Position numbers and translations under genes: made by a program. Below the pieces are notes generated by a model. The model searched no databases, was not told where the DNA came from, and was given only the letters and a program-made list of their open reading frames with translations. Shown one piece after another: positions 1-7,422 of a stretch of 20,264 bases of DNA. Source of the stretch: a bacterium (GTDB taxonomy: Bacteria; Sysuimicrobiota; Sysuimicrobiia; Sysuimicrobiales; Humicultoraceae); NCBI GenBank assembly GCA_041497675.1, contig JBGQGY010000065.1:1-20264 (forward strand), read 5' to 3'. How positions within the stretch are numbered: position 1 is the stretch's first letter; every line of letters starts with the position of its first letter.

Positions 1-1
1 C

Positions 2-721
2 CTCGCCACGGAGCGAGGATCTCCAGCCGGTCGTTGTGAGCTCCTCGCGTTCCTCGCGATCGAGTCCGCCTACCACGGATCTGTGCCGGGCAACACAGAC
101 TTGCTGGCCCAGGCCGAGGGGTGTGCCCGCGAATCGCTGCGTCTGGCCGCGACCTTGCCCGGCGACCTTCCGTGGGAAGCACGAGCTCACGGCGCCCTTG
201 GGGAGATCGCGCTGGCACGCGGCGATCCGCAGGCGGCGGTGCAGGCGGCAAACGCCGCCATCGACGTCTTGAAACGTACGGGGAACTTCTTCCCGTTCGT
301 CCTGCCTGATGTGTTCCTGGCCGTCGCCCGATGCCACGCCGGCGTCGATGATCAAAAGGCACAGAGCTTCCGGACCGAGACCCGCGTAATATTGGAGAGA
401 GTGGCTGAGGCCACACGCGACGATGACGTACGGGCTCGATGGTTCCGGGCCCCGATCCAGGCCGAATTGACCACGCTGGTGGGGGCGGCGCCGATGGTCG
501 CATTGGATCAGCCCCGCAAAGACCTTCCGCGCGGGCTGACTGAGCGGCAGGCCGAGATCCTTCGCTATGTCACGTCAGGGCAAACGAACCGTGAGATTGC
601 CGGGAAACTGGAGATGACCGAGCATTCTATAGCCGAGGAACTGGAGAGAATCTTCGCGACACTCGGGGTCTCCACAAAGGGTCAGGCGACAGCCGTCGCG
701 GTCATGGGGGGCGTGTCATGA
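2..721 (+). CDS. 3' part of a TPR + LuxR-type HTH regulator (MalT/STAND-like), truncated by the window start
   Basis: Frame is open from position 2. TPR-like helices (EARAHGALGEIALARGDPQAAVQAA) and a C-terminal LuxR HTH (GLTERQAEILRYVTSGQTNREIAGKL). Confidence 0.8.
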   Translation, partial: LATERGSPAGRCELLAFLAIESAYHGSVPGNTDLLAQAEGCARESLRLAATLPGDLPWEARAHGALGEIALARGDPQAAVQAANAAIDVLKRTGNFFPFVLPDVFLAVARCHAGVDDQKAQSFRTETRVILERVAEATRDDDVRARWFRAPIQAELTTLVGAAPMVALDQPRKDLPRGLTERQAEILRYVTSGQTNREIAGKLEMTEHSIAEELERIFATLGVSTKGQATAVAVMGGVS

Positions 722-957
722 CGCTTCGAGTTCGGGTCGACCGCCAGCGGTGTATCGGGGCGGGTAACTGCATCTTCATCGCGCCCACGGTGTTCCATTG
801 GCGCGAGGGGGAGTTCCTCAAGGCGGATGTCCTCGATCCGGAAACCGTCGAGGAGGACGTGCTGCGCGATGCCGCCGCCTCCTGTCCGACCCAAGCTATC
901 CTCATCGAGGACTCCAACGATATGGCCCCGTGGGCAGGCGACCCACGAAGAGCCTGA
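718..957 (+). CDS. Single-cluster ferredoxin, probably [3Fe-4S]
   Basis: VDRQRCIGAGNCIFIAP...AAASCPTQAI motif (CxxAxxC...CP); ATGA overlap with the upstream gene. Confidence 0.9.
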   Translation: MTLRVRVDRQRCIGAGNCIFIAPTVFHWREGEFLKADVLDPETVEEDVLRDAAASCPTQAILIEDSNDMAPWAGDPRRA

Positions 958-995
958 CGACTCCACTCAAGCCTACTCGGACCGGTTCAGGATGG

Positions 996-1071
996 TGGTG
1001 AGCCCTGAGGGACTCGAACCCCCGACGCGCGGGTTAAAAGCCCGCCGCTCTACCTGCTGAGCTAAGGGCCC
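996..1071 (-). tRNA. tRNA-Lys (anticodon TTT)
   Basis: Reverse complement GGGCCCTTAGCTCAGCAGGTAGAGCGGCGGGCTTTTAACCCGCGCGTCGGGGGTTCGAGTCCCTCAGGGCTCACCA: 76 nt cloverleaf with TTT anticodon, GTTCGA T-loop and encoded CCA. Confidence 0.97.
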
Positions 1072-1087
1072 ACGATTGCCACCCCAG

Positions 1088-1096
1088 AGTATAGCA
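1088..1096 (-). promoter_or_regulatory. Extended -10 promoter element for tRNA-Lys
   Basis: TGCTATACT (TGnTATAAT-like) 16 nt upstream of the mature tRNA 5' end. Confidence 0.6.
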
Positions 1097-1140
1097 TCGG
1101 AAACGACAGATTTTCACACACGGCATCCCTCTTTGGAAGT

Positions 1141-1176
1141 GCCGGGAGAGAGGGGTTTTCCTCCCCCCTCCCAGGC
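1141..1176 (-). terminator. Hairpin downstream of the M23 gene (putative terminator)
   Basis: On the minus strand GGGAGGGGGGAGG-AAAA-CCCCTCTCTCCC pairs using G-U wobbles, so it is strand specific; it starts 3 nt after the stop; the U-tract is weak. Confidence 0.45.
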
Positions 1177-1179
1177 GAG

Positions 1180-2088
1180 CTATCGATGCGAAGCAACGAA
1201 GGCGTTCGGGTCGATCTGCCCTTGAGGTCCGACTGTAACCTGCGCTCCCGTGTAGCCGGCGCCGGGGCTCATGTTAAGTCCCTGACGTACCTCAAAGTGC
1301 AGGTGATACGGCCAGGCTCCATTGCCGTTGCCGACACGAGCGATCTGCGCACCGCGGGCAACGGGTCCCAGGTTCGGAGGGCCGCTCGTGTTCCAGTTCA
1401 CGTGGGCGTACATGCTCGTAAAGACGCCGAACGATGTGTCATGACGCACGAAGATGATGTTCCCCCAGCCGGTGACGTTCGCCTGTACCGAAACAACTGT
1501 GCCGCTGGCCGCAGTATACACAGGACGATCGGCATCGTCGCTGCCAGACCCGAGATTCCAGTCGGCCCCCAAATGATATCCGAAGCCGGAGTTGTAGTGT
1601 CGCTGAAAAGGATTCGCGTCCCGCCATCCGCCTGCGCCGAGCCAGTAGCAGCCGTCCGAGATGCCCGGCCAGTCCCCGCAGGCCGCGTAGAAACCGGGGC
1701 CGGCGAAGTTGGGATCAGTTGGCCAAACGAATCGGTCGGCATCGGCCGTCAGGCAACCAACGACGTTGACGTCCCAATAAACTCCGTAGTCCTCCATCCA
1801 CGTGACCCCATCGGCGACAGGCCTAAAGTATTCTCTGAAGGTGCCGCAAGCATGATCGGCCGTGACAGAGTACCAGAAAACGAAGGTCGCGTTGCCTCCG
1901 GGCACGACGGACGATTCCTGTAGGGCAACCCTGTTAGGCGAGATCCAACCTGAAGGCTGCCCCGTGCAGCGATCCTCTCTGATGAAACCTGGCACGCGAT
2001 CTCGAAGCCGATCGGTCCCGACGTGGATGACACTCGCATACCATTTGTTCCGCCTCCTTGCGCGACAGGCGCGCGTCGTACTTGTCAT
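1180..2088 (-). CDS. M23 peptidoglycan endopeptidase with a partial NBR1-like Ig domain; 5' end appears deleted (possible pseudogene)
   Basis: HLGAD (HxxxD), GWGNIIFVRH, YAH and HLHFE motifs are intact. There is no signal peptide, the strong SD+ATG at 2044 is out of frame, and the start is uncertain (2088 or 2097). Confidence 0.8.
   Translation of the reverse strand: MTSTTRACRARRRNKWYASVIHVGTDRLRDRVPGFIREDRCTGQPSGWISPNRVALQESSVVPGGNATFVFWYSVTADHACGTFREYFRPVADGVTWMEDYGVYWDVNVVGCLTADADRFVWPTDPNFAGPGFYAACGDWPGISDGCYWLGAGGWRDANPFQRHYNSGFGYHLGADWNLGSGSDDADRPVYTAASGTVVSVQANVTGWGNIIFVRHDTSFGVFTSMYAHVNWNTSGPPNLGPVARGAQIARVGNGNGAWPYHLHFEVRQGLNMSPGAGYTGAQVTVGPQGQIDPNAFVASHR
1759..2016 (-). repeat. Ig-like domain coding segment, copy 1 (paralogous to 7912-8169)
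   Basis: Gapless 86-aa alignment TDR...WDVxVV with 68/86 identical residues (hand count). Confidence 0.95.
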
Positions 2089-2123
2089 GCGCGGCAACTG
2101 TACCGGGATCGGAGATGGGGTAC

Positions 2124-2209
2124 CATGAGCGCTCTCATGTAACGACTGTGAGGTCCCTCACGAACCGTCGTACGCGCAGGTTCACATGGACACGATGAAC
2201 GGCTTCATG
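2124..2209. promoter_or_regulatory. Array of four phased CRP-like boxes in a divergent promoter
   Basis: CATGA-N6-TCATG (2124), TGTGA-N6-TCACG (2147), tacgc-N6-TCACA (2171, half site), GATGA-N6-TCATG (2194); spacing 23/24/23 bp. Confidence 0.7.
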
Positions 2210-2266
2210 GTGTCGAATCGGCGCACCCCGTAGTGTGGCCTCAACCTAACGAATGGGGGGGTCAAC

Positions 2267-2728
2267 ATGGTGCCGGCCACACGAGGAGGGATTATCGCTC
2301 TGCTGTTCGTGCTCGTCATCACGGGAAGCGCGGTCCTACCCACCCGGGCCAGCGACTGCGCGTCTGAGGCGCCGACAGGACTCATTGTGCTGGTGAAGGG
2401 CCTGTGGCTGGACCGCTCTATGAACCCGGCGGTCCTGTCCCTGTCCGGTGAGGTTCTCTACGGGCGGGGTTGGTGGAAGCCCGGCGAGCTGAACCAGGAA
2501 ATCGCCAATCAACTGGGCGTCGTCGGGTATCCCGCGACGATCCAAACTGCCAGACGCGGCGGTATCCGCCCGCTGGTTGTCGCCGCTGTCGGCGTCAGCG
2601 GGCCTCCGCTCTCGAGCGTGAAGACGGACGTCGTCGTCGGTGAGGAAGACGCCGCCCGGATTCGCGCTGCAAACGCCAAAGGAAAGTTCCTCGAACGGCT
2701 GGCCGTTGACTTCGTGGTCGAGAAGTAG
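2267..2728 (+). CDS. Secreted protein resembling the C-terminal domain of LPP20-type lipoproteins
   Basis: Signal peptide; pattern TGLIV..KGL...SMNPAV....GEVLYG...GVVGY...RGG.RPL...D...DAARI...N...FL....V.FV recalled from LPP20-family C-termini; G-rich SD. Confidence 0.6.
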   Translation: MVPATRGGIIALLFVLVITGSAVLPTRASDCASEAPTGLIVLVKGLWLDRSMNPAVLSLSGEVLYGRGWWKPGELNQEIANQLGVVGYPATIQTARRGGIRPLVVAAVGVSGPPLSSVKTDVVVGEEDAARIRAANAKGKFLERLAVDFVVEK

Positions 2729-2739
2729 CAGGACCTGTC

Positions 2740-2771
2740 AAAGGGCGTTCCTCGGAAGGGGAACGCCCTTT
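2740..2771 (+). terminator. Rho-independent terminator, possibly bidirectional
   Basis: AAAGGGCGTTCCTC-GGAA-GGGGAACGCCCTTT: 14-bp stem with one G-U pair and a GNRA loop, 11 nt after the stop. Confidence 0.8.
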
Positions 2772-2870
2772 CGTATGGTATGTATCCATTAACCCAAGCC
2801 CAATAGCGTTGTTGCTCGGAGACCAAGCGGGGGTCGGGAAACGACCCTGGCATGGGAGGATTCAAGAGGG

Positions 2871-3596
2871 GTGCCGCCGGAACCCATCGCCTCCCGAGAG
2901 ACCGCTAGGCAGCGCGCCAATAGCGCGTTGCTGCCCCGTGGGCCGCTTTTTTCGGGCCTTTCCGACGAGGAATTGGCAAAACTGACCTCGTTTGTGCGTC
3001 GGCGCCGTTACCGCAAAGGCGAAAACGTCTTCCATGAAGGCGATGCCGGGTCCGCCGTGTTCTTCGTGGAGAAGGGCGAGGTCAAGATTGTCCTGCGCTC
3101 GCCCGAGGGCAAGGAAGCCATTCTCGGCTACCGGCAGCAGGGGGACTTTTTCGGCGAACAGGCGCTGCTCGACGGGGAGGCGCGATCAGCGGACGTCATC
3201 GCTACGGAGACGTGCGACCTCCTTGTCGTCCGGCGTGAGGACTTCCTACAAATCCTGAACGACTATCCCGCGGTGGCCGTAAACCTCCTGGCGGTCTTGA
3301 GTCAACGGTTGCGCTCGACCACCCGATTGGTCCACGCCGCGACATTTCTGGATACCAGAGCCCGGGTGGTCAAAGCCATCCTCGACCTGGCGCACTCGAA
3401 GGGCGTCTCGGATTCCTCTGGCGGCATTACGATCCCCGGGTTGACTCAGGAAGATCTTGGGCACATAGTGGGCGCGACCCGGGAGAGCGTCAACAAATGG
3501 CTGAAATTCTATGAACGGCACGGCCTGCTGGCCCTCCATCGAGGACGGCTGATCGTCAAACAACCCCAGCGGCTCAGACAGGAAATCTACGAATGA
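2871..3596 (+). CDS. Crp/Fnr-family transcriptional regulator (cNMP-binding)
   Basis: cNMP pocket FFGEQALL...RSADV, C-helix RLRSTT, and HTH LTQEDLGHIVGATRESVNKWL. Confidence 0.95.
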   Translation: MPPEPIASRETARQRANSALLPRGPLFSGLSDEELAKLTSFVRRRRYRKGENVFHEGDAGSAVFFVEKGEVKIVLRSPEGKEAILGYRQQGDFFGEQALLDGEARSADVIATETCDLLVVRREDFLQILNDYPAVAVNLLAVLSQRLRSTTRLVHAATFLDTRARVVKAILDLAHSKGVSDSSGGITIPGLTQEDLGHIVGATRESVNKWLKFYERHGLLALHRGRLIVKQPQRLRQEIYE

Positions 3597-4768
3597 CGCA
3601 GCTGCCGACAGGAACCGTCACGCTGCTTATGACGGACATCGAGGGCAGCACTCGCCTGTGGGAACTGGCGCCCGACGCGATGCGGGGCGCTCTGATCCGC
3701 CACGATGCCATCGTGACGTCCATCGTCGATGCGCATCGTGGCACTGTAGTCCGGAGCCGCGGCGAAGGTGATAGTTTTTTTGGGATCTTCGCCCGGGCTT
3801 CGGACGCGGTAGCTGCAGCCGCAGCCATCCAGCTGGCCCTGGCCACGGAGCCCTGGCCGACGCCGTTGCCTCTTCGCGTCCGCATCGGGGTGCATACGGG
3901 CGAAGCGGAATTGCGGGAAGGTGATTACTACGGGTCTGAGGTCAACCGCTGTGCCCGGATGCGGGCCCTGGCGCACGGGGGACAGGTGCTGATTTCGGAG
4001 GTCACCGCCAACCTGGTGCGGCGATCCCTTCCTGCAAATGCTGTGCTTCACCCGCTGGGCACTCATCGCCTGAAGGACATTCAGCAGCCCGAACATGTCT
4101 TCGAGCTTTTGCTCAACGCAAAGGCTCCTGGCCGAGGTCCGCTGGCCTTGCTGAGGGGATTGAGCCTGGCCCCCCATCTCAAGGGCGCCATGGTTGCGGG
4201 CGGACTGCTCGTGGCGTTGATCTTCGCGATCGTGATCGTAAGCGGTTCGTCGACGAACCAGGACGCCGTACGGGTCGAACCCCAAAAGCCGGCTGCCAAT
4301 CCCTCGCTCGGGGCTGGGCCGCAGCCCAGCCCGATCTACGGGCGGTTCACGAAGCTTCAGAATGACGCGGTCCACCGCGAGGGTATTCGCTTGAGGCTGG
4401 CCACGCCCGAGGAGATCGTGCAAGAGGGACAGGCCATTCCTCTTGTCATCCACCTGGAGAACCCGCTGACGGAGACCCGGAGGATCACCTTCCCAGAGAA
4501 TCTGGTCGTCGACCTGTATGTGCGCAGCCTCAAGGGTCCTGACGCCGGGCGAGAGGTCTACCGATGGTCCGAAGGCCGGGGCGTCGCAGTCAAGCCGACC
4601 CCGATGGAGTGGAATCCGGGACAGGATCGCACGTTCTCGTTCCTCTGGGCGCCCCCACCGCGGACCGTCGCGTCCGACCAGATCCGGGCGGAGTATCGGA
4701 TCGTCGCCGTCATGAGAACCGACGATCCCATCGAAGCCTGGATAGATCTACAGGTCGGACCGCCGTGA
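3593..4768 (+). CDS. Class III adenylate/guanylate cyclase + single TM helix + BsuPI-like Ig domain
   Basis: TLLMTDIEGST, GEGDSF, RVRIGVHTG, GDYYGSEVNRCAR; TM segment AMVAGGLLVALIFAIVIV; C-terminal GREVYRWSEG...NPGQDRTFSFLW resembles BsuPI; ATGA overlap with the Crp gene. Confidence 0.85.
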   Translation: MTQLPTGTVTLLMTDIEGSTRLWELAPDAMRGALIRHDAIVTSIVDAHRGTVVRSRGEGDSFFGIFARASDAVAAAAAIQLALATEPWPTPLPLRVRIGVHTGEAELREGDYYGSEVNRCARMRALAHGGQVLISEVTANLVRRSLPANAVLHPLGTHRLKDIQQPEHVFELLLNAKAPGRGPLALLRGLSLAPHLKGAMVAGGLLVALIFAIVIVSGSSTNQDAVRVEPQKPAANPSLGAGPQPSPIYGRFTKLQNDAVHREGIRLRLATPEEIVQEGQAIPLVIHLENPLTETRRITFPENLVVDLYVRSLKGPDAGREVYRWSEGRGVAVKPTPMEWNPGQDRTFSFLWAPPPRTVASDQIRAEYRIVAVMRTDDPIEAWIDLQVGPP

Positions 4769-4795
4769 CGAGCCGCTGATCCTCGGGCGATTCCA

Positions 4796-6964
4796 GTGCA
4801 CATACGATCGGCCACAGCAGTCTCCCTTTGTGCCTGCCTGACGCTGGCGGCGCTACCACTCCCGGCGCGCGGTCAGGACGCGCGAGAGGTTGTCCGGTTG
4901 GTCAGACGGCTCATGGTCCGCATCGTGGGACCGGGGGGTACGCAATCAGGGTTCGTGGTATCGCCACAGGGCGGAAGCGCGATCGTCGTCACGTTGCTCG
5001 CGGCTGTTGGATCGGCAGACCAGGTCTCGGCGGTGGATGTCACCGGGCGCACGCACACAGCCCAAGTCTTCTACCGAAATCGTGAGACAGGAATCGCCGG
5101 TGCCGCGATCAAGGACTGGACGGGGCCCAGGGTGGTCGACCTGGATCCGCGACCGCTACAGGCCGGCGAACCGATCGTGGTTGTCGGTTTCGACGTCAGC
5201 ACGGGCGACCTGACGTACCTGCTGATCCGCTCGGCCGGTGGCAGGCAGCTTGACCGTCCCGTTGCGCCGGGATTCGCGGGGGGACCAGTCATCAGCGTTC
5301 GCGATCAGCGGGTGCTCGGCATGGTTGCGTCCGCTCAGACGGTGATCCCGGCCGCGGCCGTGCATCTCGTGATCGCAGCGTCCATGGCCCCGACTGCAAC
5401 ACCCCGCGCGGCAGTTCCGGCCTCGCCGCCACCAGCAGCGCAATCCACCCCGCACGGCCTGGGTGGTCAGGAGATCCTTATCGGTGCCTATCCGGCCGGG
5501 GTCACAATCGTGGTTGATGGCAAGTCTGCTGGACAGGCGCCCTTGAGAATCCCGGCCATTCGGTATGGTCCCGGATCACACAAGATCACTGGGTCCGCTC
5601 CCGGACGGCTCACCGTCGCCAGGGTTGTCTCGCTGCCTGTTCAAGACTCCCTTGACGTGTTCTTGCCTCCGGCTCCCTCGGCCGTTCCGGCGTCACCGAG
5701 AGGGCGCGACCTGCTGGCCAAACTTCAGACGGCGCTGGAAGAGGCGAACGGCGCGCAGGCCCTGGCGCATGCGCAGGAACTCCTCACCGAGTCGCCGGTC
5801 ATCCCAGAGATCAGGATCTATCAGGCCGTGGCCCTGTGGCAGCAGCGAAACTGGACTGAAGCCCTGGCGGCCGTCCGCGGCCACATCGATGTGTATGGAG
5901 AGACGACCAGGTCTGTCGACGCCTACGTGCTCCTGGGAATCCTGCACGAGGAGCGGCAGCGCTTTCAGGATGCGCTGACAGGCTACAAACTCGCCGCGAA
6001 GGTCCAGCCAGAGTATGCGCGCGAGTTCCAACAGCCGGTCGTGGCGACCGAGACCGCCGTTCAAACCTTGGCCCGCCAGGTGGCGAAGAATCCGTTGGAT
6101 CTGCCGGCCAGGATTCGCCTCGGTTTGATGTACGAGGCTAAGGGCCGGTTCAAAGAAGGGATGTCAGAGTTCAAAGCCGTTCTGTATGCCGCCCCTACCG
6201 CTCCATCGCCCGCCGCCGCAGCCACCCTGCAGCAAGTTTTGACGATTCGAACGTTTCCGTCGCAGGCGTCAGTGTACGTCGGCGAGCGACTGCTTGGACC
6301 AAGCCCTGCCGTCCTCTCGGGACCGCCGCCGGAGGAACTTCAGGTTCGCGTGTCCATGCTCGGGTATGCCGACATGCGTCGCATCATCCGGCCTCGAGGA
6401 CGTTCCGATATTCTCATCGTCTTGCTGCCGACTCTGGAAGGGTACGGCCGGACACGGTTTGCGATCGACCACATGCGTGAAGGCCTGCGCGGCTATGCGT
6501 CGGGAGATTGGGCTACAGCGACGCAACATCTTGTGGAGGCCTTTGATTCCGACTACACGCTGATCAAGTTGCGGATCTACATCGGGACCGGTTATTACAC
6601 GCAGGGGCGCCTCAGCGAGAGCATCGAGATACTAAAAGCATACATCAACGCTAAGGACAACGACTCCACCGCCCTGCTTGCGTATGCGCTCCTGGGCGTC
6701 ATCCATGAAGAGCAGTCGCGCTCCCAAGAAGCGCTGACGCTGTACAAACTAGCTCTCAAGCTCCACCCGGCGATGAGCGCAGTGATCGGCCTTCCGCCGG
6801 CCACGACAGATCCTGAGATCACTGCGCTACAGGAATCGGCTCGAAGAGCGCCCGACGATCCCCGCGTGCACTATCGCCTCGGAGTGGTGATGGAACAGAA
6901 AGGACGATTCCTCGAAGGCATGCTCGCGTTTCGACGGGCGCTCTTCTCGCTTAGCACAATGTAA
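4796..6964 (+). CDS. Secreted protein: inactive trypsin-like domain + 2x (PEGA + TPR) modules
   Basis: Signal peptide (ARG|Q); QSGFVV, VTLLAAV, PGFAGGPV trypsin scaffold; PEGA-like YPAGVTIVVDGKSAGQAP and FPSQASVYVGERLLGPSP; duplicated TPR blocks (AY.LLG..HEE..R.Q.ALT.YKLA). Confidence 0.8.
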   Translation: MHIRSATAVSLCACLTLAALPLPARGQDAREVVRLVRRLMVRIVGPGGTQSGFVVSPQGGSAIVVTLLAAVGSADQVSAVDVTGRTHTAQVFYRNRETGIAGAAIKDWTGPRVVDLDPRPLQAGEPIVVVGFDVSTGDLTYLLIRSAGGRQLDRPVAPGFAGGPVISVRDQRVLGMVASAQTVIPAAAVHLVIAASMAPTATPRAAVPASPPPAAQSTPHGLGGQEILIGAYPAGVTIVVDGKSAGQAPLRIPAIRYGPGSHKITGSAPGRLTVARVVSLPVQDSLDVFLPPAPSAVPASPRGRDLLAKLQTALEEANGAQALAHAQELLTESPVIPEIRIYQAVALWQQRNWTEALAAVRGHIDVYGETTRSVDAYVLLGILHEERQRFQDALTGYKLAAKVQPEYAREFQQPVVATETAVQTLARQVAKNPLDLPARIRLGLMYEAKGRFKEGMSEFKAVLYAAPTAPSPAAAATLQQVLTIRTFPSQASVYVGERLLGPSPAVLSGPPPEELQVRVSMLGYADMRRIIRPRGRSDILIVLLPTLEGYGRTRFAIDHMREGLRGYASGDWATATQHLVEAFDSDYTLIKLRIYIGTGYYTQGRLSESIEILKAYINAKDNDSTALLAYALLGVIHEEQSRSQEALTLYKLALKLHPAMSAVIGLPPATTDPEITALQESARRAPDDPRVHYRLGVVMEQKGRFLEGMLAFRRALFSLSTM

Positions 6965-6973
6965 CGGCGCACC

Positions 6974-7375
6974 TCACGCCGTGTGGTTTGCCGCCTGGGC
7001 CGCGTTGAAGCTGCCTACCAGAGCCCAAATGACAACGATCAGTAGCATGGGAATCCCAACGATCGCTCCGATGATGGTGATCGTGAGCAGCCAGGCGAAC
7101 CCATACGCGACCAGAAGTGCCAAACCTGTACCGACGGCACCCGCGTACATGTGGCCAACACCAGGCAGTAAGAAGCTGAGCAGCGCCGCCAGCCACGGCT
7201 CCTTATGTTTCACCTGAGCTGCCGGCGTTGCGACCACCTGCTGCACGACGGCATCGTAGCTATCCTCGATATCAGCCTCCAGGTGGCCCGCAGCCTGTAA
7301 CCCGGAGAAGATCTCGTCTCGCCCAAGACCGCGATTCTGCTGAATCCAGGTCATGACTTTCAGATCTGCTGGCAT
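6974..7375 (-). CDS. TM2 domain membrane protein
   Basis: KEPWLAALLSFLLPGVGHMYAG TM2 signature, hydrophobic C-terminus, SD AAGGGAG. Confidence 0.8.
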   Translation of the reverse strand: MPADLKVMTWIQQNRGLGRDEIFSGLQAAGHLEADIEDSYDAVVQQVVATPAAQVKHKEPWLAALLSFLLPGVGHMYAGAVGTGLALLVAYGFAWLLTITIIGAIVGIPMLLIVVIWALVGSFNAAQAANHTA

Positions 7376-7422
7376 CTTCGATTCTCCCTTCTAGAATTTT
7401 GTCACTCCGATCTCCCTCGTCG

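Noticed and set aside
2124..2209. CRISPR-like or tandem repeat array
   Set aside because: The units are degenerate 16-bp palindromes separated by 7-8 bp and no cas genes are present; this fits transcription-factor boxes.
2871..4768. Pycsar/CBASS-type anti-phage system (cyclase + cNMP-binding effector)
   Set aside because: The cNMP-binding protein has a normal Crp HTH rather than a TIR or TM effector domain, and cognate DNA boxes are present; a transcriptional circuit fits better.
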